Source of the DNA: Candidatus Woesearchaeota archaeon
Lineage (GTDB): Archaea > Nanobdellota > Nanobdellia > Pacearchaeales > UBA284
Reading direction: 5' to 3'
Assembly: GCA_964354405.1 (NCBI GenBank)
Contig: CAYGZP010000001.1
Span: 15,634 to 79,633 of the forward strand
DNA: 64,000 nt
A program made the position numbers and the translations under genes. Positions 47,931 through 57,779 of the stretch are shown piece after piece (the stretch's first letter is position 1; the number at the start of each line of letters is the position of its first letter). The notes beneath the pieces were generated by a model, which searched no databases, was not told the DNA's origin, and worked only from the letters and a program-made list of their open reading frames with translations.

Positions 47931-49067
47931 TTGTTTTTCTGTTTCATGTTCAGCTTTTTAAAGAAAAAGATAAAGGAATTCATCACAGGAACGAAGCAAG
48001 AGTTGGCAGAAGAATCAAAAGTTGAGGAAAAAGAACTTAAGCAAGAGATTAAAGAGACAGAAAAAGAAATAGAAGAAGTCAAAGAAGAGATTCAAGAGTT
48101 GAAACAGGAAGAGAAAGGAGAGCGAGATGTTGAAGAAAGAGTAGAAGAAAAGACAGAAGAAGTTGAAGAGGAGAAAGCTCTTGAGGAGAAAAAAGGCGGA
48201 TTATTCTCAAGATTGAAAAAAGTCTTTGTATCAAAAAAGCTTGGCGATGATGAGTTCAACAAGTTTTTCAATGGACTCGAGACAATCCTCATAGAGAACA
48301 ATGTTGCTCTCGAAGCCATTGATGCTCTACGAGTAAAACTCAAGCAAGAACTTGTCAACAAGGAGATTTCTCGCAAGGATTGGGAAAATAAAATTGAAAC
48401 TGCGCTCAAAAACGCAATTTCTTCATTATTGCTCGAGCCTTTTGACTTAATTTCAAAAATAAAACAATCAGAAAAGCCATTTGTAATAGTTTTTTTCGGA
48501 ATAAATGGAAGCGGCAAGACAACAACTATAGCTAAAGTCGCGCACATGCTCAAGCAAAACAAAATAACTAGTGTCTTGGCAGCCAGCGATACATTCCGAG
48601 CAGCAAGCATAGAACAGCTGGAGAAACATTCGAGCAAACTTGGGGTTGAAGTCATTAAACAAAAATACGGAGCAGACCCTGCTGCAGTTGCTTTCGATGC
48701 AATTGCTCATGCAAAATCCAAGGCAATTGATGTTGTGCTTGTGGATACGGCAGGAAGAATGCACACAAAAGCAGACTTGTTGAGAGAGATGGAAAAAATT
48801 GTCCGCGTCACCAAGCCATCATTGAAAATTTTTGTTGGCGAGGCCATAACCGGCAATGATGCTGTAGAACAGGCGCGCTCATTCAACAACACAATTGGCA
48901 TCGACGCTGTTATCTTGACAAAAGCAGATGTAGATGAGAAAGGTGGGGCCACAATAAGTGTGAGTTATATAACAAAAAAGCCTATCTTGTTCCTTGGAAT
49001 GGGCCAGGAATATAGCGACTTAAAAAAATTCGACAAGAAAGAGATTCTTAAGCAATTGTTCGGCTGA
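47931..49067 (+). CDS. ftsY: signal recognition particle receptor FtsY
   Basis: Acidic/KE-rich N-terminus, and NG domain with GINGSGKTTTIAK, DTAGR and TKAD. Confidence 0.8.
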   Translation: MFFCFMFSFLKKKIKEFITGTKQELAEESKVEEKELKQEIKETEKEIEEVKEEIQELKQEEKGERDVEERVEEKTEEVEEEKALEEKKGGLFSRLKKVFVSKKLGDDEFNKFFNGLETILIENNVALEAIDALRVKLKQELVNKEISRKDWENKIETALKNAISSLLLEPFDLISKIKQSEKPFVIVFFGINGSGKTTTIAKVAHMLKQNKITSVLAASDTFRAASIEQLEKHSSKLGVEVIKQKYGADPAAVAFDAIAHAKSKAIDVVLVDTAGRMHTKADLLREMEKIVRVTKPSLKIFVGEAITGNDAVEQARSFNNTIGIDAVILTKADVDEKGGATISVSYITKKPILFLGMGQEYSDLKKFDKKEILKQLFG

Positions 49068-49749
49068 GATAGTGATCTTTAGGAACAATCTTACCATCCT
49101 TCATCCTGATTATCTTGTCAGCATGTTCCGCAATATCCATATCATGTGTCACAACAATGACTGTCGCTTTTTTCTTCAATGCCACGAGCAGCTGCATAAT
49201 CTCGTGGCCTGATTTTGAGTCCAGATTTCCAGTTGGCTCATCCGCGATTATGAGAGATGGCTCATTCACCAAAGCTCTTGCTATAGCAACTCTCTGTTGC
49301 TCGCCGCCCGATAATTGATTAGGAAAATGATTTGCCCTGTGCTCTAACCCCATAATCTTCAAGAGTTCCAAAGCTCTTGTTCTCCTCTCTTTTTCAGAAA
49401 CTCTAGCAATTGTCAAAGGCAATTCAACATTCTCGACTGCCTTCAGAATGGGATGCAAATTAAAGAACTGAAAGATAAATCCTATTTTTTTATTTCTTAA
49501 TTTCGCGAGTTTATTGTCATCAAGTTTGGATGTATCCACCCCATCTAAGTAAATTTTTCCCTTGGTTGGCTTGTCAAGACAACCCATTAAATGTAACAAA
49601 GTGCTCTTGCCACAGCCGCTTGGCCCGACAATCGCCGTGATTTTATTCCTGTGGATTCCAAAAGTGATATCATCAACTGCTTTGACAGTGACTTCCTCAT
49701 CTCCGTAAATCTTGCTCAAGTTCTTAGCATGCAAAACATAATTTTCCAT
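49048..49749 (-). CDS. ABC transporter ATP-binding protein (MacB/LolD-like)
   Basis: Walker A GPSGCGKST, signature LSGGEQQRVAIARAL, Walker B IIADEPTGNLD. Confidence 0.8.
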   Translation of the reverse strand: MENYVLHAKNLSKIYGDEEVTVKAVDDITFGIHRNKITAIVGPSGCGKSTLLHLMGCLDKPTKGKIYLDGVDTSKLDDNKLAKLRNKKIGFIFQFFNLHPILKAVENVELPLTIARVSEKERRTRALELLKIMGLEHRANHFPNQLSGGEQQRVAIARALVNEPSLIIADEPTGNLDSKSGHEIMQLLVALKKKATVIVVTHDMDIAEHADKIIRMKDGKIVPKDHYLSRTIA

Positions 49750-49817
49750 TTTTTGTTTTTATTTTTTCTTTTTATCTTTTATTTTTTTATCTTTTGATAA
49801 AATCTTTTTCTAAAAGA

Positions 49818-51062
49818 TTACTCGTAACGCAACGCTTCTACAGGTTGTAGGTTCGCAGCTCTTCTGGCGGGGAATATCCCAGAGATTATCCCAATTCCAA
49901 CTGAAAACGCGAGTGCAAAAAATATTAATCCAGGTGTTATTGAAACCATTGTCGCGCCTCCAAGGTGTGAGCTCACAAGTAACATTGCTGCAATCTGCCC
50001 GATTATTCCAGATATCACAAATCCCACGAGCAATCCAAGGATTCCTCCGACAAGCCCGATTAATGCAGATTCAACAAGGAACAAATTCATCACATCTTTG
50101 TTAGTCATGCCGAGTGCTTTCAAAATTCCTATCTGCCTTGTTCTCTCTGTGACCGAAGTGAACATGGTATTCGCGATTCCGACAGCTCCGACAACTAATG
50201 ATATCGCAGCAATTCCATAAAGGAACATATTGATTGTCCCAAGAATTCCCATCACGATTTCTTGAAGCATCTTAGGCGTATAGAGAGAAAAATCAAGAGT
50301 CTCCTCAGTAACATGTCTTGATATCATTAATCTCTCTTTGATTTTTTCCGCGATTTCATCTGTTCTTTCTTGTTCAACTTGAATCTCAATAGCATAATAA
50401 TTGTCCACTCCGAATCCCCCAGAATATGGTTCTGCATCATCAAGAGAAAGATAAACTGATTGATCCTCATTTGCGCCGCCCATACCTCCAATCTCATTTA
50501 TTATTCCTATAACTCGGAAAGATTCATTTTCTATTTTAATCTGCGAGCCCAAATAAATCTCTTTATCAAAAGCTTCTTTCGCAACTTTATTCCCCAGAAC
50601 CACAACTCCGCTGTCTCCCTTAGAAAGAAACCTTCCAGATTCCATCGAGACACTTTTTTCTCGCACCTTCGCCCAATTCTCATCAGTGCCCATCAGATAA
50701 AGATTCTTGGTCTCATCAAGATATTCGACATCGACAAAACCAAATAAATCCGGCGCGACATATAGAACTCCCTCAACAGATTTTATAATTTCGATATCAT
50801 TATCATCTAACTCTCCTGGTTCTTTGGCAAAACTTTGCCCTCCGAAACCCCCGCTAAAAGAAGAGCCCGCCATAACATAAACTTGGTTGCTGCCTAGCGC
50901 ACCAAGTTGATTAGAAATGACCCCTTGCATCCCCTGCCCGACAGAAACTATCGCGACAATTGACGCTACTCCGATAATAACCCCAATAATCGTAAGCCAG
51001 CTTCTCAGTCCTCTCGTGGTTAGATTATTCAAGGCAAATTTTAGTGAATCTGTAAATTTCAT
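49818..51062 (-). CDS. ABC transporter permease, FtsX/MacB-like
   Basis: N-terminal TM, large extracytoplasmic domain, then 3 C-terminal TM helices (FtsX fold); 414 aa. Confidence 0.7.
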   Translation of the reverse strand: MKFTDSLKFALNNLTTRGLRSWLTIIGVIIGVASIVAIVSVGQGMQGVISNQLGALGSNQVYVMAGSSFSGGFGGQSFAKEPGELDDNDIEIIKSVEGVLYVAPDLFGFVDVEYLDETKNLYLMGTDENWAKVREKSVSMESGRFLSKGDSGVVVLGNKVAKEAFDKEIYLGSQIKIENESFRVIGIINEIGGMGGANEDQSVYLSLDDAEPYSGGFGVDNYYAIEIQVEQERTDEIAEKIKERLMISRHVTEETLDFSLYTPKMLQEIVMGILGTINMFLYGIAAISLVVGAVGIANTMFTSVTERTRQIGILKALGMTNKDVMNLFLVESALIGLVGGILGLLVGFVISGIIGQIAAMLLVSSHLGGATMVSITPGLIFFALAFSVGIGIISGIFPARRAANLQPVEALRYE

Positions 51063-51111
51063 CTCTCCCCCCTTAGTTGCTTCTTAGTTGCTTAACTGCT
51101 TAAAATGAATT

Positions 51112-51990
51112 TTATTTTTTCCTTCTTTTTTTCAGAATCCTGAACAAGATAAAAATGATTACTATGCCGACTATTCCTATAGCAATATAAATCAGGGTGG
51201 TGTAATTTGGAGTTCCATTGTTGTTTGTCTTCTGTATGTAACTCGAGGCTTTGAAAACAACTGCTTTTTCAACTTCTCTTCTTATTCCTATAGAATCTGT
51301 ATACAATATTTTCACGATAAGCGGGCCGTCCTGGTTCGGCGTTATCTTAAAAGAAGCGATAGTATAATCATTGGCTTCAATGCCCCCTAAAATATTTTTG
51401 TCAGAGCCCAATATCGCAATATTGCTTTGTTCAGGCAGGATAACAGTGACTGAGTTAGCATCCTCATCACCAATGTTTGAGATAGCCAAACTCAAACTAT
51501 TAGTTTTGTAAGAATAATCTTGTATCGCGACATCGAAATCTGTTTTTGTGTCTTCTATTGTGATGTTAAATTCATTCGTGACATAATTTCTCCATTCTTT
51601 GTTAGAATCATAAACATATCTTACACTTATCTCGTTCTCGCCATCGATGGCATCTTTATCAACTCGAACTTTATATTTAACATAAATCGCTTTCTCGTCA
51701 TATTGCCCTATTCCGATGTTCCCCAAATCCTTCACAGCACTCGAATCCAAGGTGAAAGGATATTGCGGGAGGAGTTCAATCAAGAAATCTTTCACTTCCA
51801 GATTTCCTGTATTCTCAACTTTAAACACAACTTCAACATAAGTATTTGGCTGGGCAGGATAAGGGTCTTGATTTAATACAGTAACTTGCATCGCGCTGTA
51901 TCTGTCTTGAGCAAGAGCATTTGGAGAGGTTAGGATGAACAAATTTACAACAATCGTTGCCAATATTAACAAAAATAATCGCTTCCCCAT
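51112..51990 (-). CDS. secreted protein with C-terminal membrane anchor (possible accessory component of the ABC exporter)
   Basis: Signal peptide, beta-rich ectodomain, C-terminal TM plus KKRRKK stop-transfer; 292 aa. Confidence 0.4.
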   Translation of the reverse strand: MGKRLFLLILATIVVNLFILTSPNALAQDRYSAMQVTVLNQDPYPAQPNTYVEVVFKVENTGNLEVKDFLIELLPQYPFTLDSSAVKDLGNIGIGQYDEKAIYVKYKVRVDKDAIDGENEISVRYVYDSNKEWRNYVTNEFNITIEDTKTDFDVAIQDYSYKTNSLSLAISNIGDEDANSVTVILPEQSNIAILGSDKNILGGIEANDYTIASFKITPNQDGPLIVKILYTDSIGIRREVEKAVVFKASSYIQKTNNNGTPNYTTLIYIAIGIVGIVIIFILFRILKKRRKK

Positions 51991-52058
51991 TTTCTTACAA
52001 AAAATTTATCCATCACAGATTTATAAATCTTTATAAATAACTACAGCTTTTCATTTTT

Positions 52059-53432
52059 ATGTTAGACAAATTAGGCGAGACACTGAAAAAAGCATTGAAT
52101 AAGATAGCCTCAAGTGTCTTTATTGACAAGAAGGTCATTGATGATATAACCAAAGAACTCCAGCGAGCGCTTCTTGAAGCAGATGTTGACACCAAGACTA
52201 CAACTGAACTCATAGAAAAGATAAGAAAGAAAGCTAATGAAAACATAAAAGGCTTGGAGAAAAAAGAACAGTTAATCAAACTTATTCATGACGAGTTAGT
52301 TGAGATTCTTGGCAAAGAAGAGCATGAGATTAAAATAGACAAAAAGAAGAAGCCGTTCAAAATAATGCTCCTCGGATTATACGGATGCGGCAAGACAACC
52401 ACTTCAGCAAAACTCGGTTTCTATTACAGCAAAAGAGGATTCAAAACCTGTTTGGTTGGCTTGGATGTTCACAGGCCCGCAGCTCCTGAACAACTCGAGC
52501 AGCTCGCGCAAAAAGCAAGACTCCCATATTTTATTGACAAACAAGAAAAGAATGCTCTGGCAATATGGAAAAAATTCGAGAGCAAGATAAAGCAACACGA
52601 TCTTGTAATCATTGATACTGCTGGAAGAGATGTTCTAAACTCCTCGCTCATCAATGAAATTAATTCTCTATACAAAGAAATCCAGCCCGACATAATCATT
52701 CTAACTCTTGCAGCTGATATTGGCAAGGCAGCCTCGAGCCAAGCACAAGGTTTCAAAAAAGCTTGCCCAATCAATGGAGTGATAGTCACAAGACTTGATG
52801 GAACAGCAAAAGGCGGCGGCGCTCTTGTTTCTTGCGCAGAGACAAACTCCCATATTTTGTTTATAGGAACAGGCGAGAAACTCCAAGATATCGAAACTTT
52901 CGACCCAAGCTCGTTTGTCTCAAGATTGTTAGGAATGGGAGACATCCGCTCGCTATTGGAAAAAGCCAAGCTCATCATAGAAGAAAAAGAACAGGCAAAA
53001 ATGAAATCGCGCTTAGAGGAGGGCAAGTTTACACTTAATGATTTGTATGACCAGATAAAAACAATGCAAAAAATGGGCCCATTAGACAAAATCGCAGACA
53101 TGATTCCAGGACTTGGGGGAGTAAAGACAAAAATGCCCGACCTGTTCAATGTTCAAGAAGCGAAGATGAAACGCTGGAAATTTGCAATAGATTCCATGAC
53201 TCTCCATGAACGCGAGAATCCCGAAACCCTCAACTCCAGCAGGATTCAAAGAATTTCCAAGGGCTCAAATGTCCCAACCAATGAAATCCGCGAGCTGATA
53301 AAACAGCACAAGATGATGAAAGAACTAGTCACTGGCTCAGCAAAAGACATGCAGGGATTAGCTTCTGGACAGATGGACAAGAAAACTCTGCAAAAGCTCG
53401 CAAAGAAATTCGGCAGAGGAATGAGGTTCTAA
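52059..53432 (+). CDS. srp54: signal recognition particle protein SRP54
   Basis: N domain; G domain with GLYGCGKTTT, DTAGR and TRLD; Met-rich M domain at the C-terminus. Confidence 0.9.
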   Translation: MLDKLGETLKKALNKIASSVFIDKKVIDDITKELQRALLEADVDTKTTTELIEKIRKKANENIKGLEKKEQLIKLIHDELVEILGKEEHEIKIDKKKKPFKIMLLGLYGCGKTTTSAKLGFYYSKRGFKTCLVGLDVHRPAAPEQLEQLAQKARLPYFIDKQEKNALAIWKKFESKIKQHDLVIIDTAGRDVLNSSLINEINSLYKEIQPDIIILTLAADIGKAASSQAQGFKKACPINGVIVTRLDGTAKGGGALVSCAETNSHILFIGTGEKLQDIETFDPSSFVSRLLGMGDIRSLLEKAKLIIEEKEQAKMKSRLEEGKFTLNDLYDQIKTMQKMGPLDKIADMIPGLGGVKTKMPDLFNVQEAKMKRWKFAIDSMTLHERENPETLNSSRIQRISKGSNVPTNEIRELIKQHKMMKELVTGSAKDMQGLASGQMDKKTLQKLAKKFGRGMRF

Positions 53433-53465
53433 AAATTTAATCTAAAAAAGTAACAAAAAACAAAA

Positions 53466-53954
53466 TTATCCGCCTTTCTTAGTCAAAAGCCATGCTGCGA
53501 ATATAGTTAATCCTACAAGAAGAACTATCCCCAATATCTGCGGCTGTAGCAAGAATGCCTTGGGCTCGCCCATATACTTGTTTATTACATCTGCAAAAAC
53601 ATAAACTGCCGAAACTAGAAAAATTACAATCAAGACAATCACAATGAACCATGCAAATCCAGGCTTGAAAACTTTTTCCATAGTTTCTTTTCCCATCAAG
53701 CCGACAATCAGCCCAATGAAAAGCAATGAAACAACTAGCGCAGCAAACCACGGCGTCACAACCTTGACATATTCAATCGCGTTCGCAGAAACAAGAAATA
53801 TAATTGCGATGGCAAAACTAGTAAGGATATGGACAAACTTGTTCTCTCCAAGTAATTTTGTCTTGCCAAGCAAAGCATAAGTAACGACAAATACAAGCAA
53901 AAATCCAAACACTGGAACGAAAGTGCCTATTCCAGTCAAATCAATCTCAACCAT
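53466..53954 (-). CDS. small polytopic membrane protein, tandem paralog 1 of 3
   Basis: Shares the LLVFVVTYALLGKTKLLGE-type motif with the next two genes; 4-5 TM helices. Confidence 0.4.
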   Translation of the reverse strand: MVEIDLTGIGTFVPVFGFLLVFVVTYALLGKTKLLGENKFVHILTSFAIAIIFLVSANAIEYVKVVTPWFAALVVSLLFIGLIVGLMGKETMEKVFKPGFAWFIVIVLIVIFLVSAVYVFADVINKYMGEPKAFLLQPQILGIVLLVGLTIFAAWLLTKKGG

Positions 53955-53989
53955 TTTATTATTTTATTTTTTAATTTTTAACTTTTGAT

Positions 53990-54535
53990 TTACTGCGAAC
54001 TGATAGTGCCAAGTTTCTTTCCTTTCTCGCCGCCAACTCCAACGACAAGCGCGACAATGACAAAAGCAACTATGAACACCAATATTAAAGCAGCTGAGTT
54101 TTGCTGCATCCAGTAAAAGGCATTTGCCCCGAAAACATATGTAAAAAATCCTGATTTAGCTAAAACAACTAAAAGTAAAATGAACCCCCCAATTCCAAAA
54201 ACCCATTGCCATGTTTTTTCTTCAGGTTTAAATGCTATTCCAAGCAATATAATCATGACAAGCAATATCGCGATTCCTATTGCCAAGTTTGAGAACAGAT
54301 ACATAAAAAACACAGAAACATAAGGATTTGTTATCGCGAAAAACGCCAAAACAAGCGCAATGACAAGGTTGACTCCCCTGTTCTTGAAAATATTGATTTT
54401 TTCCAATATCGCGAAAACAAGAGTAAACACAAGTAACAAAGGCAACAAGACATCGAATATTCCGAACTGCGCCCATTGGTCTATAACAGTTCTGAAAGAA
54501 CTCATGCCCCAACCATAATCAGTCAATCCGTCCAT
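53990..54535 (-). CDS. small polytopic membrane protein, tandem paralog 2 of 3
   Basis: Motif LLPLLLVFTLVFAILEKINIFK; 181 aa. Confidence 0.4.
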   Translation of the reverse strand: MDGLTDYGWGMSSFRTVIDQWAQFGIFDVLLPLLLVFTLVFAILEKINIFKNRGVNLVIALVLAFFAITNPYVSVFFMYLFSNLAIGIAILLVMIILLGIAFKPEEKTWQWVFGIGGFILLLVVLAKSGFFTYVFGANAFYWMQQNSAALILVFIVAFVIVALVVGVGGEKGKKLGTISSQ

Positions 54536-54600
54536 TTTCCAATCCTCTTTATTATCTTCCTTAATTTATTCTAATCAAAGACCTTTTATATATTTTTCTT

Positions 54601-55086
54601 TTAACTCGAAGGTTGCTTGCCCTTCGCCGATAGCACTAGCGCGACAGCCCCGCCCAAAATCACTAAAAATACTACAACTCCGACTGTTCCTGCAGTTATG
54701 CTTCCTGTCAACTTGTCTAAAACTCCTGCAGCCCATAAAACTGCTGCAATGAAAGCCAAGCCAAAGATTATTCCTAGAGCAATCTGCAATCCCTTGACTT
54801 TATGGATATCAATAAAACCAAACACTAGAAAGTAGCCAAGTAAAATAACAAGGAACACCGCGATAAGCGGCAATAATCTTAGAGTGAATCCAACCATGCT
54901 CTGGGCCCCTATAAACAACAAGCCAATAATTATGGCTATAATCAGATTAGCATATCTCTTCTCCTTGCCCAAAAGCTCGGTTTTTTCAAGTATCGCAAAA
55001 ATAACGACAAAAACGAGCAAGAAAGGAAGTAATATATTCGATAAAAAAGGACTTGAGAGTATCCCCAAGGTTTGTGCATCACCCAT
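54601..55086 (-). CDS. small polytopic membrane protein, tandem paralog 3 of 3
   Basis: Motif LLPFLLVFVVIFAILEKTELLGK; 161 aa. Confidence 0.4.
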   Translation of the reverse strand: MGDAQTLGILSSPFLSNILLPFLLVFVVIFAILEKTELLGKEKRYANLIIAIIIGLLFIGAQSMVGFTLRLLPLIAVFLVILLGYFLVFGFIDIHKVKGLQIALGIIFGLAFIAAVLWAAGVLDKLTGSITAGTVGVVVFLVILGGAVALVLSAKGKQPSS

Positions 55087-55119
55087 TTTTTAATATGAAT
55101 TGCTTTGTTGAGTTTATGT

Positions 55120-55404
55120 TTAATCAACTGGAATGTCGTCTGCCTTTTCTTCCATAATGGGCACTGCAGCCTTGCTTATTATTAAAACCTCTCCAAAAGC
55201 CTTGACATATTGGTGGGGGATTATTAAGCCTCGTGCGCCAGATAAAACTGCAGTCAAAGTGCTGTCTTTTGCGATTCTTACCTTCCATCCGTCTATCTTA
55301 TTCTCGACGATGTTTGCTTCTTCAACAACGCCAAGGTAATCGCCGGCATCAGTAAAAATCTTCATTCCTACAACATCGCTTACTCTTAAGATCTTTAACA
55401 CCAT
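55120..55404 (-). CDS. PRC-barrel domain protein
   Basis: 94 aa; VVGMKIFTDAGDYLGVVEEANIVENKIDGWKV pattern typical of PRC barrels. Confidence 0.5.
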   Translation of the reverse strand: MVLKILRVSDVVGMKIFTDAGDYLGVVEEANIVENKIDGWKVRIAKDSTLTAVLSGARGLIIPHQYVKAFGEVLIISKAAVPIMEEKADDIPVD

Positions 55405-55541
55405 TTTTCTGTTTTATTTAAAAATTGTCGTTTAAATTTAATTTAAATGTAATAATTTTTCAAGAGGAGACAGCTTTATATACTTTTTGATGCTATTTGG
55501 AAATCTTTTTATAATCTTTTTTCCTGAGAATAAAGTCAATA

Positions 55542-57740
55542 TTGGGCGATTTTCCTGATATTTTGACAAAAAGAGGCATGGTAACGAAAGACGAAGTTAG
55601 AGATATCTTAAAAAGTTATGAAGCCAAGATAGCGCGCGAGTTGAAAGAGGAGGCTCCGAGCGATTATTCTGTTGAATACAACAAATTCAGAGAAGAAACT
55701 TTAGCTTCCTTGAATTCTTATGAGAGCGCTTGCAAAAACTTCGGCAAGATTATATCGCTAAAGCTCAATGAGAAAGACGAAGCTAAGATCAAGAGATCTA
55801 TAGAAACAGCACATCTTGAAATAGAACCAAGCCAGGCAGCTGGGTTAGCAGTCTTCGCTCTCATCGCCGGCATTTTCATAACTCTCCTCATCTCAGTCGC
55901 GATTTATCTGTTGACAGAAACTATTCCTACATTAATTTTCATGCTTTTGTTTTTTGTTTCAATCTTTATTTTCTATTATCTTAATACCATGCCGCAAAGA
56001 TTAGAGCAGAAATGGCGCTTAAAGGCCTCAAGCCAGATGGTCCCATGCATCTTGTATCTTGTGGTATATATGAGACACACAAGCAACATGGAGAGCGCTA
56101 TAAGATTCGCCTCGCAGCATCTACAGCCTCCACTCTCTCTTGATTTGAAAAAGATATTCTGGAATGTCGAGACAGCGAAATTCGCCACGATAAAAGATGC
56201 CTTAGACGCTTATCTGGAGACATGGCGCGAGTACAGCATCGAGTTTGTCGAAGCCATTCATCTTGTCGAATCCTCCCTGTACGAGCCACAAGAATCAAGA
56301 AGAATCTCAATTCTCGAGAAAGCTTTGGAAGTTATGCTCGACGGAGTTTACGAAAAAATGCTGAGATACACACATGATGTCCAATCTCCTATAACAAACA
56401 TCTACATGTTGGGCATTGTCCTGCCAACTCTTGGCCTCGCGTTATTACCTTTAGCTTCAACTTTGCTACAAGGTGCGATTCAATGGTATCATGTCGCGAT
56501 ATTATTCAACATAATTGTTCCTTTCCTTGTTTTCTACATGACTAATCAAGTGCTCAGTAAAAGGCCAGGGGGTTTCGGAGAAACCGAGCTCCTTGAGAGA
56601 AATCCCGAATACGCGAGCTACAAAGACAAGAGTCATTATTTCACAGCAGCTTTAATCGCACTTCCCTTCTTTATCATAGGAATTCTGCCGTTATTAATGC
56701 AATTTGGATTAGCAGATGCTTTAGGAATCCAATCAGATTACAGCTTCGAGCAGCTAGGCATTGGTTTCTTTGGCAATCAGACAATGTTCGACTTCAAAAC
56801 AGCTGAAAATGGAGCAACAGTCGGCCCGTTCGGCCCTGTCGCGCTGCTCCTAAGTATTTTAATTCCGTTTTCAATTGCATTATTTTTCGCGATAGCTTAC
56901 AAGTTAAAGACTCGGAAGCTCATAGAAACAAGAAACAAAACAAAAAACCTTGAGCAAGAGTTTTCGTCATCGATATTCCAATTGGGCAATAGACTTGCTG
57001 ATGGAATTCCAGCTGAAATGGCTTTCGGCCGAGTTGCAAGTTCATTGAAAGGAACACCAACAGCGGGCTTCTTTAATACAGTAAACATGAATATCCAGCA
57101 AGCAGGCATGAGCGTAGAACAGGCGATATTCAATCGCTCCCGCGGCGCGATTAATTTTTATCCAAGCGAGCTAGTCAAGACATCGATGCAGATTCTGATT
57201 GAATCAGTAAAGAAAGGTTTACAAGTTGCCGCTCGAGCATTAATGGCAATAAGCGATTATGTTAAGAACATCCACAAAGTCAACGAGAGATTGAAAGACC
57301 TGCTCGCAGAAATCACAAGCGGAATGAAAAGCAACATGACTTTCCTTGCTCCTCTCCTCGCTGCGATAGTGGTGGGATTGGCATCAATGATAACCATGAT
57401 TCTCTCAAGATTACAGTTGATGCTAACAGTGGGCGATCTCTCTGGCACAGAAATGATTGGAGGCATGGGCATCAGTGCGATAACCCAGATGTTCGATGTA
57501 GTAAAAATGATTCCGCCCTTCTGGCTCCAAGTTATCGTAGGAATTTACTTAATAGAAATAATCTTCATTCTTACTCAAACCCTAGTTACAATAGAATCTG
57601 GCGAAGACAGATTGAGCGAGAAAGCAGAAATAAGCAAAATGTTAATGACAGGCATGACTCTTTACACACTCGCGGCATTCATATCAGTAATCGCCCTAGC
57701 CGCATTGGCAGCGGTCGCAGTCTCGGGGATTGTTGTTTAA
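55542..57740 (+). CDS. polytopic membrane protein, candidate FlaJ/TadC-like (T2SS-F-like) pilus platform protein
   Basis: 732 aa with two groups of TM helices separated by cytoplasmic helical domains (AIRFASQHL...; second after residue 450). Size, topology and location beside prepilin-like genes fit an archaeal pilus platform. Sequence-level assignment is tentative. Confidence 0.4.
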   Translation: MGDFPDILTKRGMVTKDEVRDILKSYEAKIARELKEEAPSDYSVEYNKFREETLASLNSYESACKNFGKIISLKLNEKDEAKIKRSIETAHLEIEPSQAAGLAVFALIAGIFITLLISVAIYLLTETIPTLIFMLLFFVSIFIFYYLNTMPQRLEQKWRLKASSQMVPCILYLVVYMRHTSNMESAIRFASQHLQPPLSLDLKKIFWNVETAKFATIKDALDAYLETWREYSIEFVEAIHLVESSLYEPQESRRISILEKALEVMLDGVYEKMLRYTHDVQSPITNIYMLGIVLPTLGLALLPLASTLLQGAIQWYHVAILFNIIVPFLVFYMTNQVLSKRPGGFGETELLERNPEYASYKDKSHYFTAALIALPFFIIGILPLLMQFGLADALGIQSDYSFEQLGIGFFGNQTMFDFKTAENGATVGPFGPVALLLSILIPFSIALFFAIAYKLKTRKLIETRNKTKNLEQEFSSSIFQLGNRLADGIPAEMAFGRVASSLKGTPTAGFFNTVNMNIQQAGMSVEQAIFNRSRGAINFYPSELVKTSMQILIESVKKGLQVAARALMAISDYVKNIHKVNERLKDLLAEITSGMKSNMTFLAPLLAAIVVGLASMITMILSRLQLMLTVGDLSGTEMIGGMGISAITQMFDVVKMIPPFWLQVIVGIYLIEIIFILTQTLVTIESGEDRLSEKAEISKMLMTGMTLYTLAAFISVIALAALAAVAVSGIVV

Positions 57741-57779
57741 TTTTACCCCCTTTAGTCAATGAATTACAAATAATAATTT

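Noticed and set aside
48092-48952. Minus-strand ORFs inside ftsY and ORFs 52469..53149 and 52701..52886 inside srp54
   Set aside because: They are antisense to highly confident conserved genes with Ser-rich low-complexity translations.
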